DNA of 63,595 bases, filler included, from Guillardia theta CCMP2712 (GCF_000315625.1; 5 parts of 5 records of this genome joined end to end with filler, not necessarily neighbours in it); one strand, 5' to 3'. Shown: positions 12,897 to 26,150, numbered from the whole stretch's first letter. Numbers and translations are program-made. The notes: generated from the sequence alone by a model not told the origin.

Positions 12897-15800
12897 ACGA
12901 GGACGAGACGATGACGAGGACGATGACGAGANNNNNNNNNNNNNNNNNNNNNNNNNNNNNNNNNNNNNNNNNNNNNNNNNNNNNNNNNNNNNNNNNNNNN
13001 NNNNNNNNNNNNNNNNNNNNNNNNNNNNNNNNNNNNNNNNNNNNNNNNNNNNNNNNNNNNNNNNNNNNNNNNNNNNNNNNNNNNNNNNNNNNNNNNNNNN
13101 NNNNNNNNNNNNNNNNNNNNNNNNNNNNNNNNNNNNNNNNNNNNNNNNNNNNNNNNNNNNNNNNNNNNNNNNNNNNNNNNNNNNNNNNNNNNNNNNNNNN
13201 NNNNNNNNNNNNNNNNNNNNNNNNNNNNNNNNNNNNNNNNNNNNNNNNNNNNNNNNNNNNNNNNNNNNNNNNNNNNNNNNNNNNNNNNNNNNNNNNNNNN
13301 NNNNNNNNNNNNNNNNNNNNNNNNNNNNNNNNNNNNNNNNNNNNNNNNNNNNNNNNNNNNNNNNNNNNNNNNNNNNNNNNNNNNNNNNNNNNNNNNNNNN
13401 NNNNNNNNNNNNNNNNNNNNNNNNNNNNNNNNNNNNNNNNNNNNNNNNNNNNNNNNNNNNNNNNNNNNNNNNNNNNNNNNNNNNNNNNNNNNNNNNNNNN
13501 NNNNNNNNNNNNNNNNNNNNNNNNNNNNNNNNNNNNNNNNNNNNNNNNNNNNNNNNNNNNNNNNNNNNNNNNNNNNNNNNNNNNNNNNNNNNNNNNNNNN
13601 NNNNNNNNNNNNNNNNNNNNNNNNNNNNNNNNNNNNNNNNNNNNNNNNNNNNNNNNNNNNNNNNNNNNNNNNNNNNNNNNNNNNNNNNNNNNNNNNNNNN
13701 NNNNNNNNNNNNNNNNNNNNNNNNNNNNNNNNNNNNNNNNNNNNNNNNNNNNNNNNNNNNNNNNNNNNNNNNNNNNNNNNNNNNNNNNNNNNNNNNNNNN
13801 NNNNNNNNNNNNNNNNNNNNNNNNNNNNNNNNNNNNNNNNNNNNNNNNNNNNNNNNNNNACTCCTCCACTCCTCATCCTCCTCAACCTCCTCCCTCCCTC
13901 CTCCCTCCACCGCTCCTCCTCCTCCTCCTCTTCCCCCCTCCTCTCCCCCCTCCTCTTTGACCATCATCTTCCTCCTCCTCACCTCAGCACTATCTTGCTC
14001 ATCCCATCGTCAGGTACCAGGAACACAGATACTCCATAGACCCAAACTTTCTCGAACGCCAGCCCCGTCAGGTTCACCGAGAAGTTTGCGGGCAGGTATC
14101 CAGCTGACGAGTACGTGATGATGTGCGCCCCCCCGTCCACCGCAAATGTCCGCGTGCTGACTGGCTGCTGGGGTCCTCCATCGATGGAGAAGGAGGAGGA
14201 GAGCAGTGAGCTGTCCACCGCGCTGCGCACGGAGACGGTCTGGACCAGCCTCTGCGAGAAGTTGGCGACGGCAGGAGCGTCACTGATCCACGAGTAGCAG
14301 AGGCCCGACGCGTCCGCCTGCTGTTTGCTCGCCGGCATCGTACAGCTCCCTTCCGTGACTAGCACGTACCCAGCATGTGCCCACTTGCCGTACTGCTGGT
14401 CGATGTAGACAGACGCAACCAGGGTGGCAGGCGTTTTCGTGTCAGACAGGTAGACGTCGACTCGCGCCCCTCCCATCAACGTTGGCGTTGGCTCGTCGGG
14501 GCTGTACGCGTTGACAAAGACGTCGTACCTGCCCGGCAGCAGCTGGACTAGGGAGGCCGTCTCCGGCCCGTTGTAGAGTGGCCGGGAGCGGTCACCGTGG
14601 AACTGGTCATCTCGATCGAGAGTGATCACTGGAGTTCGCTTGCCTGCCGCCACTACCCCAGTGATCTTCTTACCGTACCAAGACACGTACGGCGTTCCTC
14701 TCGACTCGCTGTTGCTCCACTGGATCACGTTCCCGTTCCCGTCCACCACGGCTGAGGGAACGACGTACAGGTCAAGGTCTGCTGGGCGATCGCCCCAGTT
14801 CAGCACGACCTTGGAGGCTCCGTCGTCTTGGAACATGTAGACGGTCAGGTTGACAGGCCAGCTCATCTGCAGCAGGGAGACGTTGACAACTGTGGACATG
14901 AAGCCCGAGGCAGAGAACTTGACAGGGGTCAGGATGCTCTGGATATCATGGAAGACGGAGGAGACGACGGGGGAGGACGAGGGCAGCTTGTCGACTTTGA
15001 ACGATGTCGAGGACTCGATGTGCTCCCCTTTCAGCGTGTTGAACACGCTCTGGATGTAAAACCCAGCTATCACCCCAGCTCGCACCCACTCGTAGCACCT
15101 GCCCGAGCCATCGGCCTGCTTCTTGGTGGGGTTGGAGGACGCGCAGACATTGTCCACGTAGACCTCCAGAGTTCCCGCAAAGAACCACTTGTGTCCGGTG
15201 CCTTCGTACCTCACCACGTCTACCAGGTCAGGAGGGCTGGCGCCGTCGCTCAGGTAGATCTCGACGCTGACGCCACCCTGGAACGTGGGCGTCGCATCCT
15301 CGGGGGCGTACGCGTTGATGAAGATCATGTAGGAGCCGGGAAGCAGCCGATCGAACTCGACGACCTCGGGCCCGTTCTCTACGATGAAGTCCGAGGGGTC
15401 GGAGGAGAAGAATTTCTTCTTGCCGTGCGAGACGTCATCCCTGTCCAGCGCTACGGTCGGCACCAGGTCCCCGCTGTTGTACCCCAGCAGCGTCCTCTTG
15501 TCGCAGGTGCAGGTGTCGCATAAGCACAATCCCCACCAGACATAGTCAGTCTTGGCAAGCTTCCCATCGTCCGTCCTCCACACCACCGGCTCCCCCTGAA
15601 GGTTGCGGACGTTGCGAGGGAACACGTAGATGTCAAGATCCGCCGGCCTGTCGCCCCAACGGAGCTTCGCAAACGTCTTGCCCGTGCTCGGGAGGAGGAA
15701 GGTGGCGAAGTTGAACACACAGCCTCGAGCCCCCATGTTCACCTGCTCTACCACCCTCATGTACCCTGGTGCTCGGATATCAAGTACGTTGTCCCTGCCC

Positions 15801-18800
15801 AGCAGGAAGAGCCCGCCCAGGTACCTCCCAGCAGCGTCCGACCTCAGCCGCCTGCTGCTGAGCATGATGGCCTGGCTGTCACTCTGAACTTGCGATCCTC
15901 CTCCGCAGGAGCAGCACATGTCGGCGGCGTCGACGTTGCCGTTGGCAAAGGACGCAGCTTGCGAACAGAGGGCGAGGTTGTGAAAGTAGTCCACGCACGA
16001 CCTCCCCGCCGAATCTCTCCATCCTCCGTCCTCCTGGCATCTGCCGAACAGTCCTCCTCCGCACACACAGCAGCGCTGAGAAGCTGACGAGCCGTCCAGA
16101 CTGGAGAGGTTGGTGGCAAGCAGGCACCTCGCTGGCTGGAGAGTGTAGGAGAGGCAGGAGGAACCCTCGCGATCGATCCAGCCGCTGTCGTCCTGGCAGA
16201 GGTACGGCGATGGGATGACAGAGTTGTTGGTGGCGCTGAGAATGGTCAAGTTCAAGAGCATCCCCTGGCACTGAGAGAGAGCGAACGAGTACTCGTACAG
16301 GATGAAGTTGTTAACGAGCTGCTGGTAAGCATTCCACTCCTCCAGGGATATCCTCCCGTTCAGGTTTGCGTCCACAGAGGAGGAGAAAGCATGTTCTGCT
16401 GTCAGCGGGAGGTTGCAAAGGTCTGTCCTCCCCAGGCAACCTTTCGTTGAGATTGCCCCCGTCCTGTTTGCGTCCAACTCCACGAAGTCGATGACAAACT
16501 TGCTGGGGATGGAGCGAGGATCGAACGGAAACTTACCTGCGAACTTCCCATCGCTGCCCAGCACTGGCCCAGGGTAGATCATCTCGTTGACGAGGCTGTA
16601 GTTCACCCGCACCACAACGTCGCTCACGCTTCCTCTGCGCAGAGTCTGAAAGTTGAAAAGGTGCCACCAGCTCCCCAGCGTTCCCTGCTCGCCTACCCAG
16701 GCTGTGCCCACGAGGCCCTGCCGCATGGTAGAGTACAGGGAGGCTACGGAGCAGGCGGAAGGAAAGGTCAGGCCGGAAGTATGGTAGGCGAGGAAGGAGT
16801 AGTTTCCGGCAGGAAGCAGCCCTGTGACGAGGAAGGTCTTCGATCCACAGAATGTGTCGAAACATCCATCCCTGATCCACCAGAAGCTCGAGAGCTCGTA
16901 AGGGTACGCGGTGCCCGACTCCAGCACCTGCCCAGCCACCGTCCTGTTGTTCCCATCGATTGCGGACTGCAAGGGGTCGGAGAAGTCGGAGCTAGGGGGG
17001 TATAGGAAGAGGCTCAGGTCCTCAGCATCCCTCGAGCACCAGGTCAGAGTCAGGATGACAGCTGTGAAATCCTTCTGGACCGGCACCAGCGGGGCCCCGA
17101 CGTAGGCCACGTTGTCAAACGTGACAAAGGGCCCCTTCCAGCTGTAGTACTCCTCCCCCACCTGCACCTCCAGCTCGTACTTGGAGTTGGGCCAGAGGTA
17201 GAATCGACCGCAGCCGTTGGGCTTCAGTCCTGCAGCGGAGCCGCCGATGTCGTGCACGACCCGATCCTTGGCATCCTGCAACCTGAAGCGATAGACTACA
17301 TGCTTGAGGTCGATCCGCACGCTGCAGTATCATCAGTCAGGAGCCTCCTCCTCCACCATGCAGCGAGCCGCAAACGTACCCGGTGATGGCATCGTAGACG
17401 AGGCTGAGACCGCGGGGGCTGCAAAAGGTGGCCTCGATCATAGCGCCCTGAGACGGGAAGGCAGAGCTGTTCCACCAGTTGAACTCTCCTCTCGCCCTGT
17501 TGTACTTGAAGCACACCGAACTTCCAAGAGGAATGTCGGACGCGCAGGACTGCGGTAGGATGCACGCCCACGTGTCGTGCTCAATGGAGTGCCGACCGCT
17601 GAGCCCTCCCATGCAGCCAAGGCCCCGGTCCTGATAGGCCTTGAAGGTGCGCCAGGTGAGCACGGGATAGTCGTAGACCCCGTTGGAGGCGCGAAAGTTT
17701 GAGCAGACGGAGGCAGGGGGGCGGATAAGGATTTCACCGTTGTCAACGGTCCAGTCAGCTGAGAAACCAGGGCCTGTCTTGTAGCCGTCGGAGGTGAAGG
17801 TGACTTTCATGTAGCCTGTGCTGGACCCCAGCTCGTCTGAAGGGAGGGTCGATCCAGAGGTCCGCAGGATGCTCTGGGGAGCAGAGCAGGCAGGGTCAGA
17901 GCAAGAGAAGATCTCGACAAAGTCATGATTCAGCTCAGTGCCGAGGGACGTGAAGCGCAATCGCAAGTTCTGCCCTGAGATCATCCAGACGCAGTTCTGG
18001 TTGTTGGAGTAGAAGTACGGCCCGGTTGTGATCGAACCCGACGAAACCCCGACTGAAGGAGAGCAGGGGCATGTCCCAGAGCAGGTCAGCTCGCCGCCTG
18101 CCGGGATGTTCACAATCAGTAGAAGGGAGGGATGCAACAACAGCAACGTACCCGCATTGCAGTAATCAGCGAATGCAGCGGAGACGGTGGATTGGCAGAG
18201 GCGGATCAAGTTCAAGAAGGAGGACTGGTCGAAAGGCTGAGAGGAGCTGGTGCCGAAGGATGTCGTGAGAACTTGAAAGCTGCACAAGCGGTTGACAACG
18301 TCTGGTGGTGACAGTCAGCAAGGAAGCATACAGATGCAGGAGGAGTAGAACAGACCCCGTGAGTCCCTGATGGCCGAATTCCATGCTCTTGCACAGTTGA
18401 TGTCGACGGCACCACTGCAGAAGATGTTCACCTTCCCCACAGACGTCTTGAGGATGCTGCAGCTGTCAAAGATGTCCAGACCGCTGTCACTGCTCATGGT
18501 CGGGAGCTGCAGATCGGTGACGAGGTTCGTTCCTGCGGTGAGCCATTAGCGGTCAACGGACCCTCGGCACAAGGAAGCGACCTGGGATGGTGGGAACGAC
18601 TTCTGAATCGGCGAACGCATGCCAGGAGTCTACCGGGTCGCAGACTGGAGGATCTCCAGTTACAACATGAACGAAAGAGCAGTTGGCATGCACAAACACT
18701 CACATTGTAGGAAGATGAGTACACCGATCCACGGCCAAGACGCTCTGACACGCGCATGGCGGTTGAAGGGAGAAAGTCTCCTCATTCTTTCAGGGTTGGG

Positions 18801-18911
18801 CTCGGAGCGGGAGTGCACCGGAAGGCAAAGTGTTCGCTCCTTGATCACAGAATCATGCTGCAGCGTCACAGAGGCATCCAAGAGACCTACAGACGCTCTC
18901 ACGCCGCGCAT
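12034..18911 (-). CDS. Large extracellular mosaic protein: CUB domain, EF-hand-like motif, CCxCGGG Cys repeats and several YfaP/DUF2135-like beta domains
   Basis: CUB motif YSNNQNCVWMI...MKVTFTSDG...GFSADW (17700-18090); DANLNGRISLEEW; two CxDxxGWxD..C...CCxCGGG repeats. Repeated LxWGDRPADLDxYV...LDRDD...NGPE...YxVFVNAY units. Exons beyond the gap (12600-12710 RYHVMVNAY, 12260-12370 RLVDVVKY, 12034-12120 GFCYEW) repeat the same module. Confidence 0.75.
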
Positions 18912-19980
18912 GGCGGGTGAATGTCGACAATCATGCTGAGAACAACTTGCTCATCGTTAGGATGGGGTAGAAGAGAAGAAGCTGCAAGCACAAAAACTAT
19001 GATTGCTTCTAGGATTCATCTCATTGCCAAGAATTTTGACAGCCTCCTGTCCGGCTCACATCTTCTCTACCTGCCTTCCTCCTCCCTCTCTGTCTCCAGG
19101 TCTTACTGAACATGACTGATATCTTGCTGGTACTCTCCATCTCTATCTCTGTTCTTCCCTCCCCCTCCCCCTTCCTCTCCCTCTTCCTATCAGTCCTCCT
19201 TCCTCTCCTCCCTCTCCTTCCTCTCCTCCCTCACCTCCCTCTCCTCCCTCTCTTCCTCCTCCGAGTCCGAAGTTTCTTCCATCATCGCCTGATCTCTGTC
19301 ATCGGCGTCGCTTCGCAGTCAAAGTACTGCATGCCCGCCTCACCATTGGCGGAGTACGGAGAGTAAACCCGGGGGGCCGGGTTCCGGGTGACTGAGACTC
19401 CGACTGAAGCCTCGGGCCTGGCCTTCAGTGGCCCGCAAAAAACAGTTCCTGAGTCCGTGGGACGGGGGCGGCAGCACGCTGAACCGTGCCACGGTGGGGC
19501 GGCCACAACACTGACACTTTCCGCAGCCCGGAGTGAGAAGGCCCAGTGCCGACGCGGGCCTCCGAGGAAGTTTGGCCGCTCACAGTGGCCCTCGTTGAAC
19601 GACCCGGCTAGCCTCTCAGCGGCCGGGCCCGGCCACTGTCGCCCCCCGGCCATAGTCGGCCCGGCTGAGGGCCGGGACTGGGACGCGCCGCACACGCGGC
19701 AGGCTCAGTCAAATTACAAGGCGACAGTACCCCCACCCACTACAGCAACATGATGTTCTGGGGTGGTTTACCGAGGGAAAGAGGGGGGTGGGGGTGGATC
19801 TCGAATTTACTCCAGTCCAAAAACGAACCACAGATATGAGTACAATTTATCTCAAGTTTATAGTATATGAATATTAAAAGCAAGATATTTATTGTTTATT
19901 GCAATGTTTTAGAGACAATCGCTAGGAAGGATATCGAACACAAACGCGCGCAAAAGCCCCTCCTTTCCCGCCCTCTCGCC

Positions 19981-20470
19981 ATGCCCCGCCTCCCTTCCGC
20001 CCTCTCCCTCCTCTCGGTTCTCACGCTCCTGTTTGCCGCGGCTCCTGCCATCAGCTCATGAACTCATATAAGACCCGTGAACTTGACGATCCCACCTCTC
20101 TACATGTGTCCTTCCTTGCGATGGTTGTGGTTTATTTGTTGTCTGAGAAGAACGCGATACCATTCTAGGGGCCATGTGAAGTCTGGTGTGATTCTTTGCT
20201 GCTTTTTCATTTCAAAGTATCGATCACATGAAACTGGGTATCAGGCATTGTTTGAAAACATGGTCTACGCGCTTGTATGACACTATGCTTCTCTTTCCTT
20301 ACCCTTCGTGCCCATCCTGTTCCTTGTTGGTGACTCGGTCATCTTGAACACGTGTCCTGCCGAACCAAAATTCACGTGTGATTGCAGGACTCAATATCTT
20401 GAAACAAGTGCATGCAAGTTGTTTGAATTGGTTGCAACCTTGGTTCACTGCTCAAACTTTCTTGCATTGA
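19981..20470 (+). CDS. MSP: Membrane selenoprotein (MSP)-like gene with two in-frame UGA codons
   Basis: Signal peptide MPRLPSALSLLSVLTLLFAAAPAISS, then TGA (20059-61), THIRPVNLTIPPLY...GYQALFENMVYALV, TGA (20278-80), HYASLSLPFVPILFLVG, all in one frame with two ~42-nt GT-AG introns. 3' end is uncertain. Confidence 0.7.
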
Positions 20471-20513
20471 AGTGCATCTCCGAGGGTGCCGTAGGCATCG
20501 CCATACAAACAGA

Positions 20514-22741
20514 ATGGATTCTGAAATGTCAGAAAACTTTGATTTTGTTGACCCTGCAAACTCTCTCATCCCGGAGTCTGAAATGATGACTTCTCCCAAC
20601 CAACTCTCAAGGTACTAGCAGATGCCTGGTGGTTCTGATGCGAGTTGCTTTTGACTGTTTTGCAGGGCCTTGAAGATGGATTACACTTTCATCGAGTCGA
20701 GCCCCATCTCACCCTTTTCAGGATTCGCATCGAACTTGCCAAACATTTGTTCGACGGAGAAAAAGAGAAGCCATGCTTCCTTGCACGCGCCTTCCTCGCC
20801 CTTTGGAGGTTTTGCGCAACTCCTAAACAACTCTCCGGGTCGGGGTTCCTCACCGCACAAAATCATGCGATCACCTGAAAGCACTTCGGACTCTTCCTTC
20901 ATGACACCAGAGCCCAGGTGGTCTCCAAAGTGTCGCAGAAATTTGCTGCAAGAAGAAGATTCTTTGGACAGGGGGCCTGTTTCGTTCAGCCCTGAAACAT
21001 CGCAGATGCTGTCCTTCGGAGAAAAGGATGTACTTGGTGATGATCATATCACTGTGGTAGGCAAGTATGGCAGTTTCAAGAATTGCACCAACGAAAAGTT
21101 CGAATCGAAGCCCCCTTCGAAAAAGAAGTCAAAGACAGCTCCAACCAAACGCAGTTTAGTGCCAAACCTCGAGAATGTAAATACGAACAAGTCAGTTGGA
21201 AACAAAACATCAGAAGCTGCTTTTAATGGCTCAAAATCCGACAAAGAACAAGAACAGAGCGAATCTAAAGAAAAATCTACTAAGCAGGAAGAATGCGAAA
21301 ATTCAGTCTCAAATCCCAATCCAGACAATGCTGCACAGCCTGAGTTGCCAGAAAGCGAATCGAATAACGAAATGTTTACAATCAATGCGAAGTCCAGATC
21401 GAAACATCCTCCAAAGGATTCGTCGAAACTGTGTAAATGTAAAAAGAGCAAATGCGTCCGACAGTACTGTGTATGTTTCAGAGCTGGAGTTCTCTGCGAT
21501 GGATGCGATTGCGTGGATTGTTACAATGATGGAAAGCATGAGAAGGTATGCATCTTTGAACACTGAAATGCAATGTATGACCAGAAGCGATTAGGAACGA
21601 CTAACTGCTGTTGAACACATCAAGACCTCAGACCCTCTTGCATTTGAAACCAAAATCAAGCCAGATGTTGAGTCCAGCAACGCCAATACCATTCATCATG
21701 TTCGTGGATGCAAATGCAAAAACTCCAAGTGCCTCAAGAAGTAATCTGACTGGATCTACCACAAAGACTCCAGTGTGACGGCTTTTTTCCAGATACTGTG
21801 AATGCTTTGAGCATGGAGTTGCCTGCTCCTCAAAATGTGACTGTGTGGATTGCCTGAACAACAAACCTAAGGATGCCGATGGTTTACCACTGAAAAAGAA
21901 AAGGATTCCTGGAACTGTGCCATTGTTGCCTGAGGTATGCTTTCAGATTTGCATCATTGTACATCTGACTTCCTTGGAGGTAAAGCCCGAGCTGCCAATC
22001 AACCTTGTTGGAAGTCCATCGACGCTAGAACAGGTAGATTTCGTCTGAACGAGTGACATTACTTCATCGACTTTATCTTAATCTTGGATACAGGTTGAGT
22101 ATGATGAAGCAAAGAAAGAAGCATTGTAAGTGCCTCATTTCTCTTCATTTCTATGAATGACAGTTGTTAGCTACAGGGTTGCCGATAAATACCTAGCATC
22201 AGCTCCGCAAACTCCGCAGCGGGCAGATTATCAGCTCTTGCCTCTGACTCCGATGGATCAACCTCAGGTTTGCGAGCCTGAGATCTGAACTTGAGATGCT
22301 GACTACCTGCCAGGCAAATGCTAATCTCGATTTCTCACAACATTTGCTGGGCAGCAACACGATCTCGCCTGCTATGCCTATCCTCGGCGACCAATGCCAG
22401 GTGTGACATTAGACACGATAGTTATGACATGCTTACGAGGGGTAGAGTGCTGATCATGATTTCACAGGTTCTTCCCCGAACACCCAACGGCAACAGCAAC
22501 TCGGGATACATGCGTTATTCCCTCTCGCCTTCTACTGCAGTGATCCTGGACCTCTCGAGCCCTGTGAGGGAACCGCACAAGGGAGAGGTAGGAGATAACG
22601 GAGAAGTTTGATTGAGACTGACTTGCATGATGACAGGAAAAATTTGAGACGAATGTGAAGGAGGACAGAGCAGATGAAAAGAAAACAGAAAAAGAGAAGA
22701 AAGATGCGATGGTACACTTGGAGCTGATTGCTGTGAAATAA
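20514..22741 (+). CDS. CRC/CXC-domain (tesmin/TSO1/LIN54-like) protein, multi-exon
   Basis: Two CXC domains, CKCKKSKCVRQYCVCFRAGVLCDGCDCVDCYN and GCKCKNSKCLKK|YCECFEHGVACSSKCDCVDCLN, joined by a DPLAFETKI linker; many S/TP sites. Confidence 0.9.
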
Positions 22742-22928
22742 GGAGAGCAAGGGAGAGAGTTGATCTAGAAGACTCTTGTGAACCTTCGTAAGACTCTCTC
22801 GCTGAGACTATCGATATTTTGTATTGTACGACTAATAACCACACGGGGCAACTCAAATCTTTGTGATTAAATTGATATTTCAAGAAAGGATTTCGCTGGG
22901 AAACGAAACTGAGCTGAAACATGTCACC

Positions 22929-25916
22929 TCACGACTGCTCCTCGTTCCGTGACCAGTCGTACTCGCTGAACTGAATTGAGACCTTGAACCGCGTCAAACG
23001 ATGAAGTTCAAAACTTTCTCACCTCGTCCCCAGCAGCTGCCACTGCCAGCAGCTGCTCTAGAGCAGACGCTGGCTCGGTCCCCGTGGGAAGAAACGAAGT
23101 GAGCTGAGTGGAAGTTTAGAGAGGAGAGGAGAGAAGAGGAGAAGACGGGGGGGAGGAGGAGAGGAGAGGAGAGGAGAGGAGAGGAGAGGAGAGGAGGGGA
23201 GGGGAGAGGAAAGGAGAGGAGGGGAGGGGAGGGGAGGGAAGGATAGGAATGGAGTAGAGAGGAGGAGAGGTATGCTCGCTTGCCGTGCGGAGCATGGCGA
23301 TATGATCGTCATCCTGCTGGGGAGTGAAGTCCTTGCAGTACCTGATCTGAGGGTGAGGGAAAGACAGGAGGCGTGAAGGACGAGGAGAGATGAAGGAGGA
23401 GAGGTGAAGGAGGAGGAGAAAGAGATGGGTGTTGTCAGATTTCAAAAGTACCAGAAGAGGATCTTGGATAAGCGAACGGAACGAGAAGTCAGGTCGACAT
23501 GAACCTCCGACTCACAAAACGCCTGCAGGACAAATCATCTCCTCTTCGTCCACCTCGTCCTCGTCCTCGTCCTCTTCCTCCTCTTCCTCGTTCTCCTCCT
23601 CGTCCTCCTCTTTGTCCTCCTCGTCCTCGTCCTCGTCCTCGTCCTCCTCGTCCACGGTCCGATCCTGCCCTGCCCTGCTGCCTTACACTTTTCTCTCCCT
23701 ATCTCCCCTCCTCGTGAGCACCATTCATGTTGTTTTGCCTTACCTGAGTAGCCAGCGCAAGTCCCCTGTCAAGATTCTGAGCTGTATAGAGCTTGATGGG
23801 AGGACAAGACCTGAGCAAACGTTGAGAGAATGATGGCAGGGTGAGGATATCAAAGGAGAGGAGAGGAGAGGAGAGGAGAGAAGAGGAGAGGAGAGGAGAG
23901 GAGAGGAGAGAAGAGGAGAGGAGAGGAGAGGAGAGGAGAGGAGAGGAGAGGAGAGGAGAGGAGGGAAGAAGGAGAAGGATCCTGCAAAAGGGAGCGAAGG
24001 AGGAAGGGAGGGAGAGAAGAATCTGATCGGTGGAGCTACTCCTTACTTGGCTCCACAATTCAACGCAAAATGGATGCGAGGATCGAACCGACTTCGAGGA
24101 ATTGTGATGACCCTCCTGCAAAATGGCAGCATGAATTTCCTGCCCTCCACTTCCTCCCCTTCACTTGCTGCTCCTCCTCCTCCCTCTGTCTCCTCCTCCT
24201 TCTGCTCATCCTCACCTCGGGTCATCCTCTTTGAAGCTCCGCGCATCCCACGACGGAGAGCCGCGGAGAACGGCATGTTCGATGTCATCAAGAGAGAAGT
24301 TGTGACCGCCTGTGACGATGAGGTTGAGCAGCTCACATGCAGGGGAGGAGGAAGAGGAGGAGGAGGAGGAGGAGGAGGAGGAGGAGGAGGAGTTGGGCAG
24401 GAGGAGGAAGAGGAGGGGGGCAGGAGGAGGGAGATGCTGTTAGATCTGAAGAGAGACGTACACACCCAGACATCGTGAAGGAGTGAGGAAAGTGAAATAA
24501 GAGTCTTAAAGGAGCATGTACATACCGATGTTGTAGATGACTCCGGACTTGCCCGAGAAGAACGACCCTCGCGCTTCTGCTGCTGAATGAGACGAGGGAG
24601 CTGGGGAGGACGCAAACAAGAGCAGGCGGAGGGAGGGAGGGTTGGGACGAGAAGGTGGAAGGAAGAAAGGGGGCAGAGATTGAGGACGAAGAGGAGGGAG
24701 AGGAGGAAGGAGAGGAGGGACGAGGAGGGCAAGGAGGAGAGGAGGAGGCAGACCTGCAGCAGACGGGCCGGGAGGAACAGCAAGGGTGCCATGCACTACC
24801 ATGCTGTTGTAGAGGTTCAAGAACACGGCCATCTGCTCCTCTGCAAGGGAAAACTCAACAAGCAGAAGTAGTGGAGGAAAACGATATCAGCAGACGTGAA
24901 ATAATATCAGAAATAGTGACAGACCACAACATATCAGCAAACGTAAAGGTATCACTCCTTGTACGTAACATGTCGCCAGTCAGCTAACGATGTCACCTGT
25001 TGTAAGTGACGCGATCTCGCCCAACAAGCCGGGTCTTCTGAGGTTGCTTGCTTGCAGAACGTACTCACTGAACTCTCTGCTCCTTGCCAACGATGCATAC
25101 TTGATTGCCCTGCGGTGATATGAGAACATGTGCGTTGACATCTGACTTGCAAAACCTCCCGTCGTCTGACAAGTACTTGTCGAACATGTCAAGGACAAGC
25201 TTCTGGATGTTGCTCGACAACTCAACGACACTTGTCTTCCCTAGCTGATCCGCAGGAACGTGGAAGTTGAGGATTCCGTCCTGAGGCCCGAGAACGAGGG
25301 AAGAGTCGCCTCGTCCTCCTCCTCCCTCGTCCTCGTCCTCGTCCTCCTCCTCCCTCCTCTCCGGCTCCTTCAACTTGATCCCAGCGGCCTCGAGGCGCTT
25401 GAAGAACGTTCCTTCCTCCATCTCCCTGCACAAGTCGTCGCATCCTCCAACGTGCTCTCCTGCCACGAAGATCTGCGGGACGCTCGTCCGCCCTCCTGCC
25501 CTCCTCGACATCTCACTCCTACCTGTCCCCCCTCCCTGCCAGGTCCCATGTGAGCCGAGCATGGCGCCGGTTGTGACTTCACTCACCTTGTCCTCGTTCA
25601 CGTCGATCTCCTCGTAGGGTACTCCCTCCTCCCTCATCCTCTTCTTCGCCTTCACACAATACTTGCACCCTGACGTGGTGTAGACTTCAACAGTATGCCC
25701 TCCTCCTCCTCCTCCTCCTCCTCCCCCTCCTCCACCTCCTCCCCGCATGCTCATCATGGTAGCCAGGGCGCTGCTTCTCCTCAGGCTCTGCAGTCTCAGT
25801 CGCTGCTGCTCACACACGCGGCTGGCAAGGCGGGTCGCTCCTGCTCCTGATACAGGGCACAGCCGGAAGGCGATGGCGTGACCGATGGCAGCGGCGAAGA
25901 GCGCGGCTCTCAACAT
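22929..25916 (-). CDS. Plastid-targeted glutaredoxin + DUF547 protein, multi-exon
   Basis: Signal peptide ending AIA-F; Grx motifs CKYC, TSVPQIFV and GGCDDL; DUF547 motifs AVFLNLYNSMVVHG, SLDDIEHAVLRG, DPRIHFALNCGAK|SCPPI, LSKILFWY and YDWSRN. Confidence 0.85.
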
Positions 25917-25979
25917 GCAGAAGGAGTGAGGAGGGGAGGGGAGGAATATCAGAACTTTCTCTCTTTTAAGGAAGACCTG

Positions 25980-26150
25980 ATGCTCGCGACAGCGTTGAAG
26001 CACGGCGCGAACGTGATCTGCATGAGCTTCCCAGGTGGAATACGTAGCGATGACGATGTCGTCGATGTATGCAAACGTGTGGGGTAGATCATGGAGGACC
26101 TGCTGGATGATCCCTTGGAATATGCTGCTGGCAGTGATGAATCCAAATGG
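25980..26150 (+). CDS. Possible small hypothetical gene (partial, runs into an N gap)
   Basis: Exon-like segments MLATALKH... and IMEDLLDDPLEYAAGSDESKW bounded by AG/GT. Confidence 0.25.

Noticed and set aside
12596-14118. 400+ aa ORFs spanning N runs (also 50473-51157)
   Set aside because: Artifacts of assembly gaps
20370-20640. SECIS candidates downstream of the two-UGA gene
   Set aside because: A hairpin (ATGCAAG...CTTGCAT) exists, but none of the TGA...GA pairs I tested gave the canonical core plus helix; left unresolved
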